Source: Actinomycetota bacterium (GTDB lineage: Bacteria > Actinomycetota > CADDZG01 > WHSQ01). From it: 61,698 nt of DNA. The notes under the pieces are model-generated. The model was given only the letters and a program-made list of their open reading frames with translations, was not told the origin of the DNA and made no database searches. The stretch covers positions 1 to 61,698 of the forward strand of contig DATLFS010000118.1 in NCBI GenBank assembly GCA_035540935.1. The letters are read 5' to 3'. This document shows positions 1 to 9,585 of this stretch, piece by piece; position 1 is the stretch's first letter; every line of letters begins with the position of its first letter. A program made the position numbers and the translations under genes.

Positions 1-67
1 CCGCGGGGGAGCTGCCCTTGCCTTGCTCCTCCTGGAGGACCTCTGAGTAGACCTGTTCCGGATCCAA
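1..67 (-). CDS. 5' end of a gene running off the left edge; only 22 codons are visible (LDPEQVYSEVLQEEQGKGSSPA...)
   Basis: TTG at 65-67 with GGAGA about 7 nt upstream; frame is open to the window edge. 13/20 identity to residues 4-23 of the subunit-IV-like protein at 22478. Confidence 0.3.
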   Translation of the reverse strand, partial: MDPEQVYSEVLQEEQGKGSSPA

Positions 68-158
68 GCTAGTTCTCCCGAATGGCCGGGGCCCGGCGCG
101 CCGGGCCGAAATGACGAAGAGAGTGGCTCGTAAATCTACCCGCCGCGTCGCGACGCCG

Positions 159-1172
159 TCAGAGCCGCCGGTCGGTCGCCTCGCGCGCGAGGTCGGCGAG
201 GGCCGCGGCCGAGTCGCCATCTACGTCGAGGGCGGCGAGCGCGCGCCCTGCGTCGGCCACTCGGCGGTCGAGAAGAGCTTCGGTAGCGGCGCGCGCGCCG
301 TGATCCTCGAGGATGCGACGCAGGCGCGCCACGTCGTCGGCGGTGATCGCGTCGCGGCCGCCCCAGCGCGAGAGGAGGAAGTCGCGGTCGTCTCCCTGCG
401 CGCGTGCGGCTGCGTGCGCGAAGAGGACGTGCCGCTTCCCCTCACGGATGTCGCCGTCGGCCGGCTTCCCCGTCACGGCCGGGTCTCCGAAGGTCCCGAG
501 GAGGTCGTCGCGCAGTTGGAAGGCCTCACCGAGCGGCTCCCCGAACGCGCTGAGCGCCTGGATCGATGCCGTCCTCGCGCCGGCGAGTGAGGCGCCGATC
601 ACGAGCGGCTTCTCGATCGAGTAACGGCCCGACTTGAGCACGGCGATGCGGCGTGCTTCCGCCTCGTCGACCAGCTCGCGGCGCGCCGCGAGGACGTCGA
701 GCGCCTGGCCCGCGATCACCTCCTGACGCATGACCGAGTAGGGGGCGAAACCGCGGCGGGCATCCTCCGCGGAGAAGCCGGCCTGCGCGAAGAGCGCGTC
801 CGCCAGCACCAGGGCGAGATCGCCCACGAGGAGCGCGATCGGGACGCCGCACCGGACGTGGACCGCGGGTTCGCCCCTGCGCTCGTCCGATTCGTCCATG
901 ATGTCGTCATGGACGATCGCGAAGGTATGCAGGAGCTCGAGACTCGCCGCGGCGGCGACGGCCGCGTCGCTATGCGCGCCCCCACCGGCGCGGAACCCCC
1001 AGTAGCAGAAAGCCGGGCGAAGCCGTTTGCCGCCCGCCGCGAGCAGGCGGTCGATCTCGTCCAGCATCGGCGCCGCCTCCGGCAGCGCCGCCCGCCGCTC
1101 CGCAAGGAAGGTGACGAGAGCCGCGTCGATCGCGGCGCGCAGCTCCGGCAACGCCGGCGCATAGGAGCTCAT
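159..1172 (-). CDS. Polyprenyl diphosphate synthase (trans-isoprenyl diphosphate synthase family)
   Basis: Both Asp-rich motifs are present: FAIVHDDIMDESDERRG and FQLRDDLLG. 337 aa. Confidence 0.85.
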   Translation of the reverse strand: MSSYAPALPELRAAIDAALVTFLAERRAALPEAAPMLDEIDRLLAAGGKRLRPAFCYWGFRAGGGAHSDAAVAAAASLELLHTFAIVHDDIMDESDERRGEPAVHVRCGVPIALLVGDLALVLADALFAQAGFSAEDARRGFAPYSVMRQEVIAGQALDVLAARRELVDEAEARRIAVLKSGRYSIEKPLVIGASLAGARTASIQALSAFGEPLGEAFQLRDDLLGTFGDPAVTGKPADGDIREGKRHVLFAHAAARAQGDDRDFLLSRWGGRDAITADDVARLRRILEDHGARAATEALLDRRVADAGRALAALDVDGDSAAALADLAREATDRRL

Positions 1173-1202
1173 CTGGCCGGCACCCTATGCGTCGCCGCGC
1201 TG

Positions 1203-1481
1203 ATGCTGCTGGCGGCCTGCGGCGGCGGCGAAGAGACCCCCGCGGCGCCCGCGGTGATCGAAGGCGTGATCCTGGACATCGAGTCCGAGTCCCTCGGGGA
1301 GGTCGAATCGTTCACGCTCAAGGACGGCGACCGCACGTTCGAGATCTTCATCGATCCGGAGGTCGACTACGGGTTCCCCCTCTCGCATCTCAACGAGCAC
1401 ATGGTCTCGAGCGAGCCGGTGCGTTGCGAGCTGGAGGAGCGCGACGGCAAGCTGTACGCGCAGACGATCGAAGACGTCTGA
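1203..1481 (+). CDS. Small putative lipoprotein, unknown function
   Basis: Lipobox-like LLAAC|GGG at the N-terminus. The upstream part of ORF 858..1481 is antisense to the polyprenyl synthase gene and was discarded. Confidence 0.45.
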   Translation: MLLAACGGGEETPAAPAVIEGVILDIESESLGEVESFTLKDGDRTFEIFIDPEVDYGFPLSHLNEHMVSSEPVRCELEERDGKLYAQTIEDV

Positions 1482-1482
1482 G

Positions 1483-2397
1483 TCAGAGCGAGGCGAGGGT
1501 CTCGCGGAGTTCGTCCTCTCCCACGACGCCTTCGAACTTCGCCACCAGCCTTCCGTCCCGTCCGACGACGAACACCCACGGCTCACTCGGAAGCCCCCAC
1601 TCCTCGACCGCGTCCACCACCTCGAAGTTCGGCGGCTCCGCCGGAAGCTCGTAAGGCTCGACGTGGATGAACGTCGCCCCGCGCGTGTCCTTCGCCACGG
1701 ACTTCACGATGTCCAGCGTCGGGCCGCACACGGCCGTCTGACAGAACTTCGGGGTTGCGAACACGACGACGAACGGAAGATCTCCGCGGACCGCCTCGGC
1801 GATCGACCTGCGATAGAAGCTGCGCTCGGGATCCGCATCCGTCGAGATCTTCTCGAGCGAGGCGACGTCCCGCATCGTCGGCGTGTCCGATGCCGGGACG
1901 CGCTCGCCGACCTCTGGGGTCCTCGACTCCTTCGTCACCTCGAACGACGTCCTCAGCGTCTCATCGAGGCCGTCCCCGACGATGTGGATCTCCGCGCCCC
2001 ATCTCCCGGCGCGATCGAACGTCGCCTCACCCACGTAGACGCCGGTGGACCCTTCGACCGACCACATGAACTCCGGCTCGTCGACCTCGACCGGCTCGTC
2101 GGTCGAAGCTTCGAGGTCGAAGTAACTCACGTGCAGCGTGATCTCGGGAGAGCCGATAGGCGCGTCCGAATCGTCGAGAACGCCGATGAGCATGCGGTTC
2201 TCACCCATGGTGATCTCGGAGTTGACGAAGATGGGATAGGCCGACGCCCCGGAGAAGTCGCCGTCGAACGACTCGGCGTCCGAGCGGGGCGAGGACCCGG
2301 CCGATGGATCGCCGCCCTTTTCCCCGGAGCTGCACGCGCCCGCCGTGAGCGCGAGGGCGAGCAGCAGCGCGGCGCGCCGCGACGATGTCCCGAACAT
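1483..2397 (-). CDS. Thioredoxin-fold lipoprotein (TlpA/SCO-like C-terminal domain)
   Basis: Lipobox LTAGAC|SSG. C-terminal FVVVFATPKFCQTAVCGP (Cx4C in a thioredoxin-fold-like context). Sits next to ctaA. Confidence 0.55.
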   Translation of the reverse strand: MFGTSSRRAALLLALALTAGACSSGEKGGDPSAGSSPRSDAESFDGDFSGASAYPIFVNSEITMGENRMLIGVLDDSDAPIGSPEITLHVSYFDLEASTDEPVEVDEPEFMWSVEGSTGVYVGEATFDRAGRWGAEIHIVGDGLDETLRTSFEVTKESRTPEVGERVPASDTPTMRDVASLEKISTDADPERSFYRRSIAEAVRGDLPFVVVFATPKFCQTAVCGPTLDIVKSVAKDTRGATFIHVEPYELPAEPPNFEVVDAVEEWGLPSEPWVFVVGRDGRLVAKFEGVVGEDELRETLASL

Positions 2398-2441
2398 GCA
2401 AGCAGCCTAGCCGGGCGGGACGGCCGCACGTGACCGGTAGC

Positions 2442-3413
2442 ATGACCCGCGCCATGCCCTCGTTCCGCAAACTCTCTCTGCTCTCGTTGGTCGCGACGAC
2501 GGTCCTCGTCGCCGTCGGCGGGCTCGTCCGCGCCACCGAGTCGGGCCTCGGGTGTGGTCCGGATTGGCCGGTGTGCAACGGCAAGGTCATCCCGCTGTTC
2601 AGTCACTACACGGTCGCGATCGAGTTCTCTCACCGGGCGATCGCCGGAGTCGTCGTGGTCCTTCTCGCCCTCCTCTTGGTCACCGCGCGGCGCGAGCACC
2701 GCGAGCGACCGCGCCTCCGGCGGGCGGCCGCGGCGGCCTTCGGGCTCGTGCTGTTCCAGGCCGCCTTGGGCGCCGTGGTCGTCAAGCTCCACCTCGAGGC
2801 CGAGTCGGTGGTGCTCCACCTCGGGACGGCGATGCTCCTGCTCGGCCTGCTGGTCTACCTGTACGTCGCGGCCAGCGCGGCGGAAGGACAAGTGCCGCCC
2901 GCCGATGGGCGCGCCAGCGGCCGCGCCGCGCTCGCCGCGGCGAGCACCTTCGTGCTCCTCCTCGTCGGGTCGTGGGTCACCGGCCGCGAGGCCGGCTACG
3001 TCTTCTCCGACTGGCCGCTGATGGACGGTCGGCTGATCCCGGACCTGGCACTCGAGGCCGAGGCGCTTCACTTCGTCCACCGGCTGCTCGCCGCGCTCGT
3101 CGGCGTCGTGGTCGTGGTCGCGATGCTGCCGGTTATCAAGGGGCGGGAGCGGGCACCGGCCGCCGCTCGCCTCGCAACGGCGGCGGTCGCGCTGTACGGC
3201 GTCCAGGTCGCCGTCGGAGCTCTCAACATCTGGACGAAGTTCCAGGCGTCGGTCGCGGCCAACTCCGCGTCGGTCGCGCTACACCTCGCACTCGGCGCCC
3301 TCATCTGGGCGGCGTTGGTGGGGGTGGCGGCGGTGACGCGTCCGCAATTGGCCGCCGACGTCGAGCCGCGGCGTGCCTCGGCCGCGGGTGCTCCGGCCGA
3401 GGCAAGTCGCTAG
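2442..3413 (+). CDS. ctaA: Heme A synthase (COX15/CtaA family)
   Basis: SGLGCGPDWPVCNG motif; multi-pass membrane protein with conserved His in helices; adjacent to ctaB. Start chosen at MTRAMPSF. Confidence 0.85.
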   Translation: MTRAMPSFRKLSLLSLVATTVLVAVGGLVRATESGLGCGPDWPVCNGKVIPLFSHYTVAIEFSHRAIAGVVVVLLALLLVTARREHRERPRLRRAAAAAFGLVLFQAALGAVVVKLHLEAESVVLHLGTAMLLLGLLVYLYVAASAAEGQVPPADGRASGRAALAAASTFVLLLVGSWVTGREAGYVFSDWPLMDGRLIPDLALEAEALHFVHRLLAALVGVVVVVAMLPVIKGRERAPAAARLATAAVALYGVQVAVGALNIWTKFQASVAANSASVALHLALGALIWAALVGVAAVTRPQLAADVEPRRASAAGAPAEASR

Positions 3414-3414
3414 T

Positions 3415-4368
3415 ATGCGGCGGCTGATGGTTTCCGATTCCACCGCCGCGGTGGCGCGGCGCGACGCCCTCCACGCTCCCGAAGAAGTCGTGCCCCTGTC
3501 GCGTCTCGACCGCATCAAGGCCTACGTCGCGCTGACCAAGCCGCGCATCGTCGAGCTCCTACTGGTTACTACCGTCCCGTCGATGATCGTCGCGGCGCGA
3601 GGGATGCCCCCTCTGTCGCTGATCCTGTGGACCCTCCTGGGAGGGACCCTCGCGGCCGGGGGTGCGAACGCGATCAACTGCTACGTCGACCGCGACATCG
3701 ACGAGGTCATGCCTCGAACCCGCCGCCGCCCCCTACCCATGCACCGCGTCGCACCACGAGCCGCGCTCACCTTCGGCGTCGTCCTCGGCGCGGTCTCGTT
3801 CGCGCTGATGTGGGCGACCGTCAACCTGGTCGCGGCGTCGCTTGCGCTCGCGGCCCTGCTCTTCTACGTCTTCATCTACACGATCGCCCTGAAGCGCTCG
3901 ACGCCCCAGAACATCGTGATCGGTGGCGCCGCCGGCGCCGTGCCCGTCCTCGTGGGGTGGGCCGCCGTGACCGGGACGGTGGAGCTCCCCGCAGTCGCCC
4001 TCTTCGGCATCGTCTTCTACTGGACCCCGCCGCACTTCTGGGCGCTCGCCCTGCGCTACGAGCGCGACTACGCCTCCGCGGGGGTGCCGATGATGCCGGT
4101 CGTGTACGGACGCGACGAGACCGTCAAGCACATCCTCCTGTACTCGTTCCTGCTGCTCGCCGTCTGCCTCGCGTTCTTCTCGGTCGGGCGGATGGGCCTC
4201 ATCTACCTGACCGCCGCGCTCGTGCTGAACGCGTGCTTCATCGGGCTGGCGGTCCGTCTGCAGCGACGCCCGGAGCCGCGGATCGCGTGGGACCTATTCC
4301 GCTTCTCGATCTACTACCTGGCTCTGCTCTTCGCGGCCGCCGCGGCCGATCAGCTCGTCGCTCTCTGA
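3415..4368 (+). CDS. ctaB: Protoheme IX farnesyltransferase (heme O synthase)
   Basis: UbiA-family motifs: YVALTKPRIVELLL and NCYVDRDIDEVMPRTRRRPL. ATG lies 2 nt after the ctaA stop. Confidence 0.9.
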   Translation: MRRLMVSDSTAAVARRDALHAPEEVVPLSRLDRIKAYVALTKPRIVELLLVTTVPSMIVAARGMPPLSLILWTLLGGTLAAGGANAINCYVDRDIDEVMPRTRRRPLPMHRVAPRAALTFGVVLGAVSFALMWATVNLVAASLALAALLFYVFIYTIALKRSTPQNIVIGGAAGAVPVLVGWAAVTGTVELPAVALFGIVFYWTPPHFWALALRYERDYASAGVPMMPVVYGRDETVKHILLYSFLLLAVCLAFFSVGRMGLIYLTAALVLNACFIGLAVRLQRRPEPRIAWDLFRFSIYYLALLFAAAAADQLVAL

Positions 4369-5190
4369 TCCCCTCGCGAGACGTCTGTCGGCGCGGCGCG
4401 CCTCGGCATCGTCGTGCCGCATCCATCCCACCGCGACGAGCGCGGCGGCCGCGATCATCAAGAGATCGCCGCCCACCCACATGACGACGGCGCCGGCGCG
4501 TTGATCCGAGAGAGCGGCGGCTCTCCCGCTGCCTAGATAGTGCGGATACAGCACCGAGGCGGACGACCACAGCGCGAGGCCGAGGAACGCCTGGGTCGGG
4601 AGCGCCGCCAGCAGGTAGGCCAGGCGCGCCGGATGGGATAGCCGCACCGTTGCCGGACGCAGCGCGACCACGGGCGCCCAGAACAGCAGCGCGGCTCCGA
4701 GATAGAGCGCGTGCTCCAGCCCGTGCAGCGCCTCGTTGGAGAGCGCGGCGTCGTAGAGCGGCGAGAAATGCGTCCCCCACATGACGGCGGCGAAGAACGG
4801 CCACGCAACGAGCGGGTGCACGAGCGCACGCGCCCACGCCGCGTGCAACAGTGCGCTCACCCGGCGGCGGCGCGCCGGCGACGACGTCCGCAGCAGGAGC
4901 ACGGCAGGCGCCGAGGCGATGAGGAGCGGAGCGGCGGCGTGGGTCAGCAGCAGATGCTGCACCATGTGGGCCGAGAAGCGTTCGTGCGCGAGCGCCGGCA
5001 GCGGCCCGATCGAGGCGGCGACGATCGCGAGCACGCCGCCCGCCGCGGCCGCCGGCCGGATCTGCGGCCAGGAGCCGAGCGAGCGGGACGCACCCACGTA
5101 CCACCGCAGGAAGGCGGCGGCGACCAGCAGGACGAAAACGGCGGTCACCGGACCCGACACATGTTCCGCCGGCGCGCCGTGCGCGAGCAC
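4294..5190 (-). CDS. Cytochrome c oxidase assembly factor CtaG (caa3_CtaG family), copy 1
   Basis: Polytopic membrane protein with HMVQHLLL motif. Last gene of the cox operon. Paralog of 5873..6712. Confidence 0.7.
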   Translation of the reverse strand: MLAHGAPAEHVSGPVTAVFVLLVAAAFLRWYVGASRSLGSWPQIRPAAAAGGVLAIVAASIGPLPALAHERFSAHMVQHLLLTHAAAPLLIASAPAVLLLRTSSPARRRRVSALLHAAWARALVHPLVAWPFFAAVMWGTHFSPLYDAALSNEALHGLEHALYLGAALLFWAPVVALRPATVRLSHPARLAYLLAALPTQAFLGLALWSSASVLYPHYLGSGRAAALSDQRAGAVVMWVGGDLLMIAAAALVAVGWMRHDDAEARRADRRLARGSESDELIGRGGREEQSQVVDREAE

Positions 5191-5876
5191 TACTCGACCG
5201 TGACGATCCCCGTCATGTTCGGATGCAGCTGGCAGATGAACGGGTACTCGCCTGCGTCGAGTGGGTCGATCGAGTAGGTGACGCTGGAGTTCCCGGCCGC
5301 GTCCTCACCCTGGAACAACGCCTGCGACGCATCCGCCGCGTCGGCCGATCCCTGATCGGGATAGATGTAGATGTTGTGCGGCGTCGAGTCCTGGTTGTCG
5401 AGCGTGATCTCCGCCTCCTCGCCGGCCGGGAGCGCGATCTGATCCGGGTCGAAGGCGAAGTCGTGCGAGACGATCGTTCCGCCCGGCTCGACCGGACCCG
5501 AGCCCGCGGCTGCGGCCGGGGCCGCATGGCCCTCCCCCTCGGCTTCGGCGCCGTGACCCCCGCCGCCGATGCCGAGCTGCGCGATCACGACGCCGATCAA
5601 GATCGGGTACAGCACGATGATCGCCATCTCGACGAGCGACGTCTGCTCCATCCGCCGGCGCGACGCGAGCACGGCGCAGGCGATCAACACGTTGATCGAC
5701 ACCGCCAGCGCCACGGTAGTCGCCGCCTCCGGCGGGATGTTCAACAACACCCAGGCGATCCCGATCGTCACGGCCGCTATGACCGCCACGGCGACGAGTG
5801 GGATCAACAGCGGGAGAGGGACCTTGAAGCGAACCTCACCGGTGAACGGATCCTGAGAAGGTGCGTGCTGGCTCAT
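5190..5876 (-). CDS. Membrane-anchored type-1 copper (cupredoxin, amicyanin/halocyanin-like) protein
   Basis: N-terminal TM helices. C-terminal ligand set H (TPHNIYIY) plus C-x2-H-x2-M (FICQLHPNMTG). 1-nt overlap with the downstream ctaG. Confidence 0.8.
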   Translation of the reverse strand: MSQHAPSQDPFTGEVRFKVPLPLLIPLVAVAVIAAVTIGIAWVLLNIPPEAATTVALAVSINVLIACAVLASRRRMEQTSLVEMAIIVLYPILIGVVIAQLGIGGGGHGAEAEGEGHAAPAAAAGSGPVEPGGTIVSHDFAFDPDQIALPAGEEAEITLDNQDSTPHNIYIYPDQGSADAADASQALFQGEDAAGNSSVTYSIDPLDAGEYPFICQLHPNMTGIVTVE

Positions 5877-6712
5877 CGTTTCCTCATGTCCCAGACCTCG
5901 AGCTCGCGCTCGAAGTCATCCCAGCTGAGCGTGTCGATGTCTTTCGTTCGTTCTTCCGCGGCGTTCCACTTGAAGAAGATGATCGCGATGGCGGCCCACA
6001 GTAGCAAACCGCCGCCGACCTTCATGATCAGACCGGCTATGCGCTGATCCGCGACGGCGTCCAGCCACGACCAGACCCGCGGCGAGGCCGCGTAGGTGTC
6101 GTACAGCGCGCCTTCCGAGAAGGTGAGGAACGACGCGGGAACGGTCGGGATGATCGACTGGATGAAGAGGTACATCATCTTGAAGGGTTCGGTGAGGCGC
6201 GCGAACTCAGGCAGCGGGTCGAGTACGACCGCCCACATGGCGACACCCGCGCCGAGCAGCACGATATGGAAGACGAAATGGAAGAGGGCCGACGCGATCT
6301 GCAGGTCGACCACCGGCTCCCAGTGCATCGCTGCGATCCCGCCGTTCAACAACACGAAAGCGACGAGCGGCCGCGTGACGAAACGGTACAGAGCCCGGCG
6401 CGCGCCTTCGCCGACGACCGCTCGGGCGAGCCAAGTGGGCGTCCCGAGCAGCAGCAACGGCGGAACGACGTAGACGAACAGCATGTGCTGCACCATGTGC
6501 GCCGAGAACAAGCGCCCCTCGGCGAGGTCGTGGAGCGGCCATTCCTCGCCCGCCACGAGGAGGACGACGCCGCTTATGAAGGCGACCTTCTGCCCCCGCG
6601 TGACGCTCGCGCGGCCCGACCCCGGGACGTGCCGCCCCACCGCCCACATGTACCCGAGGAGCAGCGCGGCGCCGAGCGCCCAGGTCTCGGGATGCGGGTG
6701 GTGGCCCGGCAC
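5873..6712 (-). CDS. Cytochrome c oxidase assembly factor CtaG (caa3_CtaG family), copy 2
   Basis: Polytopic membrane protein with HMVQHMLF motif. 4-nt overlap with the cupredoxin gene. Confidence 0.7.
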   Translation of the reverse strand: MPGHHPHPETWALGAALLLGYMWAVGRHVPGSGRASVTRGQKVAFISGVVLLVAGEEWPLHDLAEGRLFSAHMVQHMLFVYVVPPLLLLGTPTWLARAVVGEGARRALYRFVTRPLVAFVLLNGGIAAMHWEPVVDLQIASALFHFVFHIVLLGAGVAMWAVVLDPLPEFARLTEPFKMMYLFIQSIIPTVPASFLTFSEGALYDTYAASPRVWSWLDAVADQRIAGLIMKVGGGLLLWAAIAIIFFKWNAAEERTKDIDTLSWDDFERELEVWDMRKR

Positions 6713-6713
6713 G

Positions 6714-7055
6714 TCAGGAGCCCGTGACTAGGGGCGCGGCGCCGCCCCGCGCGAACAACGTCGTGAGGTACACCGCGAACACGATCAGGGCGAGGATGAC
6801 GCCCGTCACGAACAGCCTGCGGAAGAGCGGGTTGTCGAAGCGCAGGTGCATGAAATACAGGGCCACGAGGACGAACTTGGCGAGCGCCATCACGAGAAGC
6901 CCGGTCACGATCAGCGCCGGAGAGGCACCCGGGATGTACGACAGCGCGACCTCGATCGCGGTGACGATCGCGAGGATCACCGCGACCTTCACGTAGGTCG
7001 AAGGGCCGGGGTGGTGGCCGGGCTCTTCCGGTTCGAGCGGGTTCGAGTGAGTCAT
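6714..7055 (-). CDS. Cytochrome c oxidase subunit IV (prokaryotic COX4_pro type)
   Basis: 113 aa with 3 TM helices; YVKVAVILAIVTAIEVALSY-type N-terminal helix. Position immediately after ctaE. Confidence 0.7.
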   Translation of the reverse strand: MTHSNPLEPEEPGHHPGPSTYVKVAVILAIVTAIEVALSYIPGASPALIVTGLLVMALAKFVLVALYFMHLRFDNPLFRRLFVTGVILALIVFAVYLTTLFARGGAAPLVTGS

Positions 7056-7065
7056 GTCGGCTCCG

Positions 7066-7680
7066 TCAGTTGGTCGGGACGAGGTAGACGACGGTGAAGA
7101 TCACGATCCAGACGATGTCGACGAAGTGCCAGTAGAGACCGATCAGCTCGACCTTCCGGGGCCCATCGGCGTCGTCGAGGCGCCCGAACATCGACATCCC
7201 GAACAGCGCCAGCAACATGAAGATGCCGACGGTCACGTGCGCGCCGTGGAACCCCGTCATAACGAAGAAAGAAGAGCCGAACGTGCTCGTCGATAGTTTC
7301 AGGCCCTCCTCGACGAAGGTCGTGAACTCGTAGATCTGACCGCCGATGAAGATCATCCCGAGCATCGCGGTGGCGAGGAGCCAGATGCGGCAGCCGCGCA
7401 TGTCGCGCCGCTGGATCGCCGCGAGGGCCAGCACCATCGTCAGCGACGACATGAGCAGCACGAACGACGACACCGAGGTGTAGGGAATGTCGTAGATCTC
7501 GTGCGGCCGGGGTCCGTCGAGCACGCGGTTCCGGTAGAGCAGGTAGGTCGAGATCAACGAGCCGAAGAAGAGGCACTCCGAACCGAGGAAGGCCCACATG
7601 GCCATCTTCGTGTTGTCGACACCGGTCGAACTGTGATGCTGCTCGTCGTGCACCGCGGCGGCGGCTCCGTGGGCCGCCAT
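7066..7680 (-). CDS. ctaE: Cytochrome c oxidase subunit III
   Basis: 204 aa starting at MAAHG. Motifs WAFLGSECLFFG, FFVMTGFHGAHV, YWHFVDIVW. 1-nt overlap with the ctaD stop. The longer ORF 7066..8319 is an artefact. Confidence 0.9.
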   Translation of the reverse strand: MAAHGAAAAVHDEQHHSSTGVDNTKMAMWAFLGSECLFFGSLISTYLLYRNRVLDGPRPHEIYDIPYTSVSSFVLLMSSLTMVLALAAIQRRDMRGCRIWLLATAMLGMIFIGGQIYEFTTFVEEGLKLSTSTFGSSFFVMTGFHGAHVTVGIFMLLALFGMSMFGRLDDADGPRKVELIGLYWHFVDIVWIVIFTVVYLVPTN

Positions 7681-9554
7681 CAGTGGCCTTCCTCCGCGGA
7701 TGGCTCCAGCACCCACCCGAACAGACCGAGGAGTGTCACCACGAGACCCGCGGCGATCAGGACGGGGTTCTCGTAGATCACGCCGTAGCCGGTCACCGGC
7801 AGACCGGCCGCCGCGACGATCGGGAAGTACGAGGGATCCGGCAGATGGATGTGACGCCCCGGGTCCTCGTCTTCGTCGTCGACGTCTACACCGCCCGTAT
7901 GCACCGGCGTCGGCACGCCCTCGGGCGTCTCGGTGTACTTCGTGTACCACCAGTCGTCGCGGCGCTTGACGATGGGGATCTCGGCGAAGTTGTACTCGGG
8001 CGGCGGTGACGGTATCGACCACTCGAGCGTGCGTCCGTCCCAGGGGTCGGCGCCGGCGATCTCGCCACGCCGCCTGCTGACGATGACGTTGCCGAGGAAG
8101 ACCAGGACGGAGAGCGCGATCGCGAAGGCGCCGATCGTCGACACGAGGTTCCAAAAGTTCCATCCCATCCCGTCGGGATAGGTGTAGATCCGGCGCGGCA
8201 TCCCCTGCAGGCCGTAGATGTGCATCGGGCCGAAGGCCAGGTTGAAGCCGATGATCATCAGCCAGAAGTGCAGCTTGCCGAGGCCCTCGCTCAGGAGACG
8301 GCCGAAGACCTTCGGCCACCAGTAGTAGAGGCCGGCGAAGATCCCGAAGATCGCGCCGCCGAAAAGGACGTAATGGAAGTGCGCCACAACGTAGTACGTG
8401 TCGTGCTGCTGCGCGTCGTGCGGGACGATCGAGTGCGTCACGCCGGACAGACCACCGATCACGAACATCGCGACGAAGCCGACGGCGAACAGCAGGGGCG
8501 TCGTGAACCTGATGTCACCGCCCCACAGCGTGCCGAGCCAGTTGAAGATCTTGATGCCCGTCGGGACTGCGATGAACATCGTGGAGAGGGCGAACGCCGA
8601 GTTCGCGACGGGTCCGAGGCCCGACGTGAACATGTGGTGAGCCCACACGCCCCACCCCATGAAGCCGATCGCGATGCCGGCGAAGACGATCGCGGCGTAG
8701 CCGAAGATCGGCTTACGCGCGAACGTCGGCAGGATGTCGGAGACGATCCCCATCGCCGGCAGGATCATGATGTAGACCTCGGGGTGGCCGAACAGCCAGA
8801 ACAGGTGCTGCCAGAGCAACGGGTCGCCGCCGGCCGCAGGATTGAAGAAGTTCGCCTCGTAGACCCGGTCGAACATGAGCTGGAACAGGGCCACCGCGAT
8901 CACGGGCAGGGCGAAGAGCAGAAGGAAGGACGTGACCAGCGTCATCCAGATGAAGACCGGAAGCCGCATGAAGGTCATGCCCGGAGCGCGCATGTTGATG
9001 ATCGTCACGATGAAGTTCACCGCACCGGCGATAGACGCCACACCGAGGATCTGCAGGCCGACCGCGTAGAAGGTCATCCCCGGGCCCGGCAGCTCGGTCG
9101 AGAGCGGCGCGTAGCCGAACCAACCGCCGTCCGGCGCGCCGCCCAGGAAGAACGACGAATACAGGAAGAGGCCACCGAAGAGGAAGACCCAGTAGGAGAG
9201 CGCGTTCAGGCGGGGGAAGGCGACGTCGCGAGCGCCGATCATGAGCGGGATGAAGTAGTTCATCAACGCGGTCCCCATGGGCATCACGACGAGGAAGATC
9301 ATCGTGAGGCCGTGCATCGTGAAGAACTGGTTGTAGACGTCCGCCGACAGCGTCTCTTGGTTCGGAGCCGCCAGCTGCGTGCGGATCGCCAGCGCCTCGA
9401 GGCCCCCGAGGATGAAGAAGACGAAGGCCGTGACGCCGTACATGATGCCGATCTTCTTGTGGTCGACGGTCGTCACCCAGCCCCAGACACCGGTCTTGGC
9501 CGTCGGCCGCGCGAACATCCCTCGCCGCGGCACCGCTGCCGAGGCCATCAGCAC
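7680..9554 (-). CDS. ctaD: Cytochrome c oxidase subunit I (heme-copper oxidase catalytic subunit)
   Basis: 624 aa. Motifs WFFGHPEVYI-like (LFWLFGHPEVYIMILP), HHMFTSG, VVAHFHYV. Confidence 0.95.
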   Translation of the reverse strand: MLMASAAVPRRGMFARPTAKTGVWGWVTTVDHKKIGIMYGVTAFVFFILGGLEALAIRTQLAAPNQETLSADVYNQFFTMHGLTMIFLVVMPMGTALMNYFIPLMIGARDVAFPRLNALSYWVFLFGGLFLYSSFFLGGAPDGGWFGYAPLSTELPGPGMTFYAVGLQILGVASIAGAVNFIVTIINMRAPGMTFMRLPVFIWMTLVTSFLLLFALPVIAVALFQLMFDRVYEANFFNPAAGGDPLLWQHLFWLFGHPEVYIMILPAMGIVSDILPTFARKPIFGYAAIVFAGIAIGFMGWGVWAHHMFTSGLGPVANSAFALSTMFIAVPTGIKIFNWLGTLWGGDIRFTTPLLFAVGFVAMFVIGGLSGVTHSIVPHDAQQHDTYYVVAHFHYVLFGGAIFGIFAGLYYWWPKVFGRLLSEGLGKLHFWLMIIGFNLAFGPMHIYGLQGMPRRIYTYPDGMGWNFWNLVSTIGAFAIALSVLVFLGNVIVSRRRGEIAGADPWDGRTLEWSIPSPPPEYNFAEIPIVKRRDDWWYTKYTETPEGVPTPVHTGGVDVDDEDEDPGRHIHLPDPSYFPIVAAAGLPVTGYGVIYENPVLIAAGLVVTLLGLFGWVLEPSAEEGH

Positions 9555-9585
9555 ACTCCCTTTGCGTCGAGAAGGCGGGTCATCA

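Noticed and set aside
90-107. Perfect 18-bp palindrome GGCCCGGCGCGCCGGGCC downstream of the polyprenyl synthase gene, as a terminator.
   Set aside because: It has no U-tract on the transcribed strand, and it lies in the short spacer before the next minus-strand ORF. It may simply be a GC-rich hairpin, and the evidence is too weak to call a feature.
7681-8319. N-terminal extensions of ORF-track entries. Examples are ctaE 7066..8319, hemA 37594..39132, hemB 34904..36184, the aminopeptidase 48749..50707, the TIM-barrel gene 41949..44027, ccmC 19062..20645 and the M15 lipoproteins.
   Set aside because: The extensions run through the upstream gene in another frame and have junk composition. Family-typical N-termini begin at internal ATG or GTG codons that overlap or abut the upstream stop.
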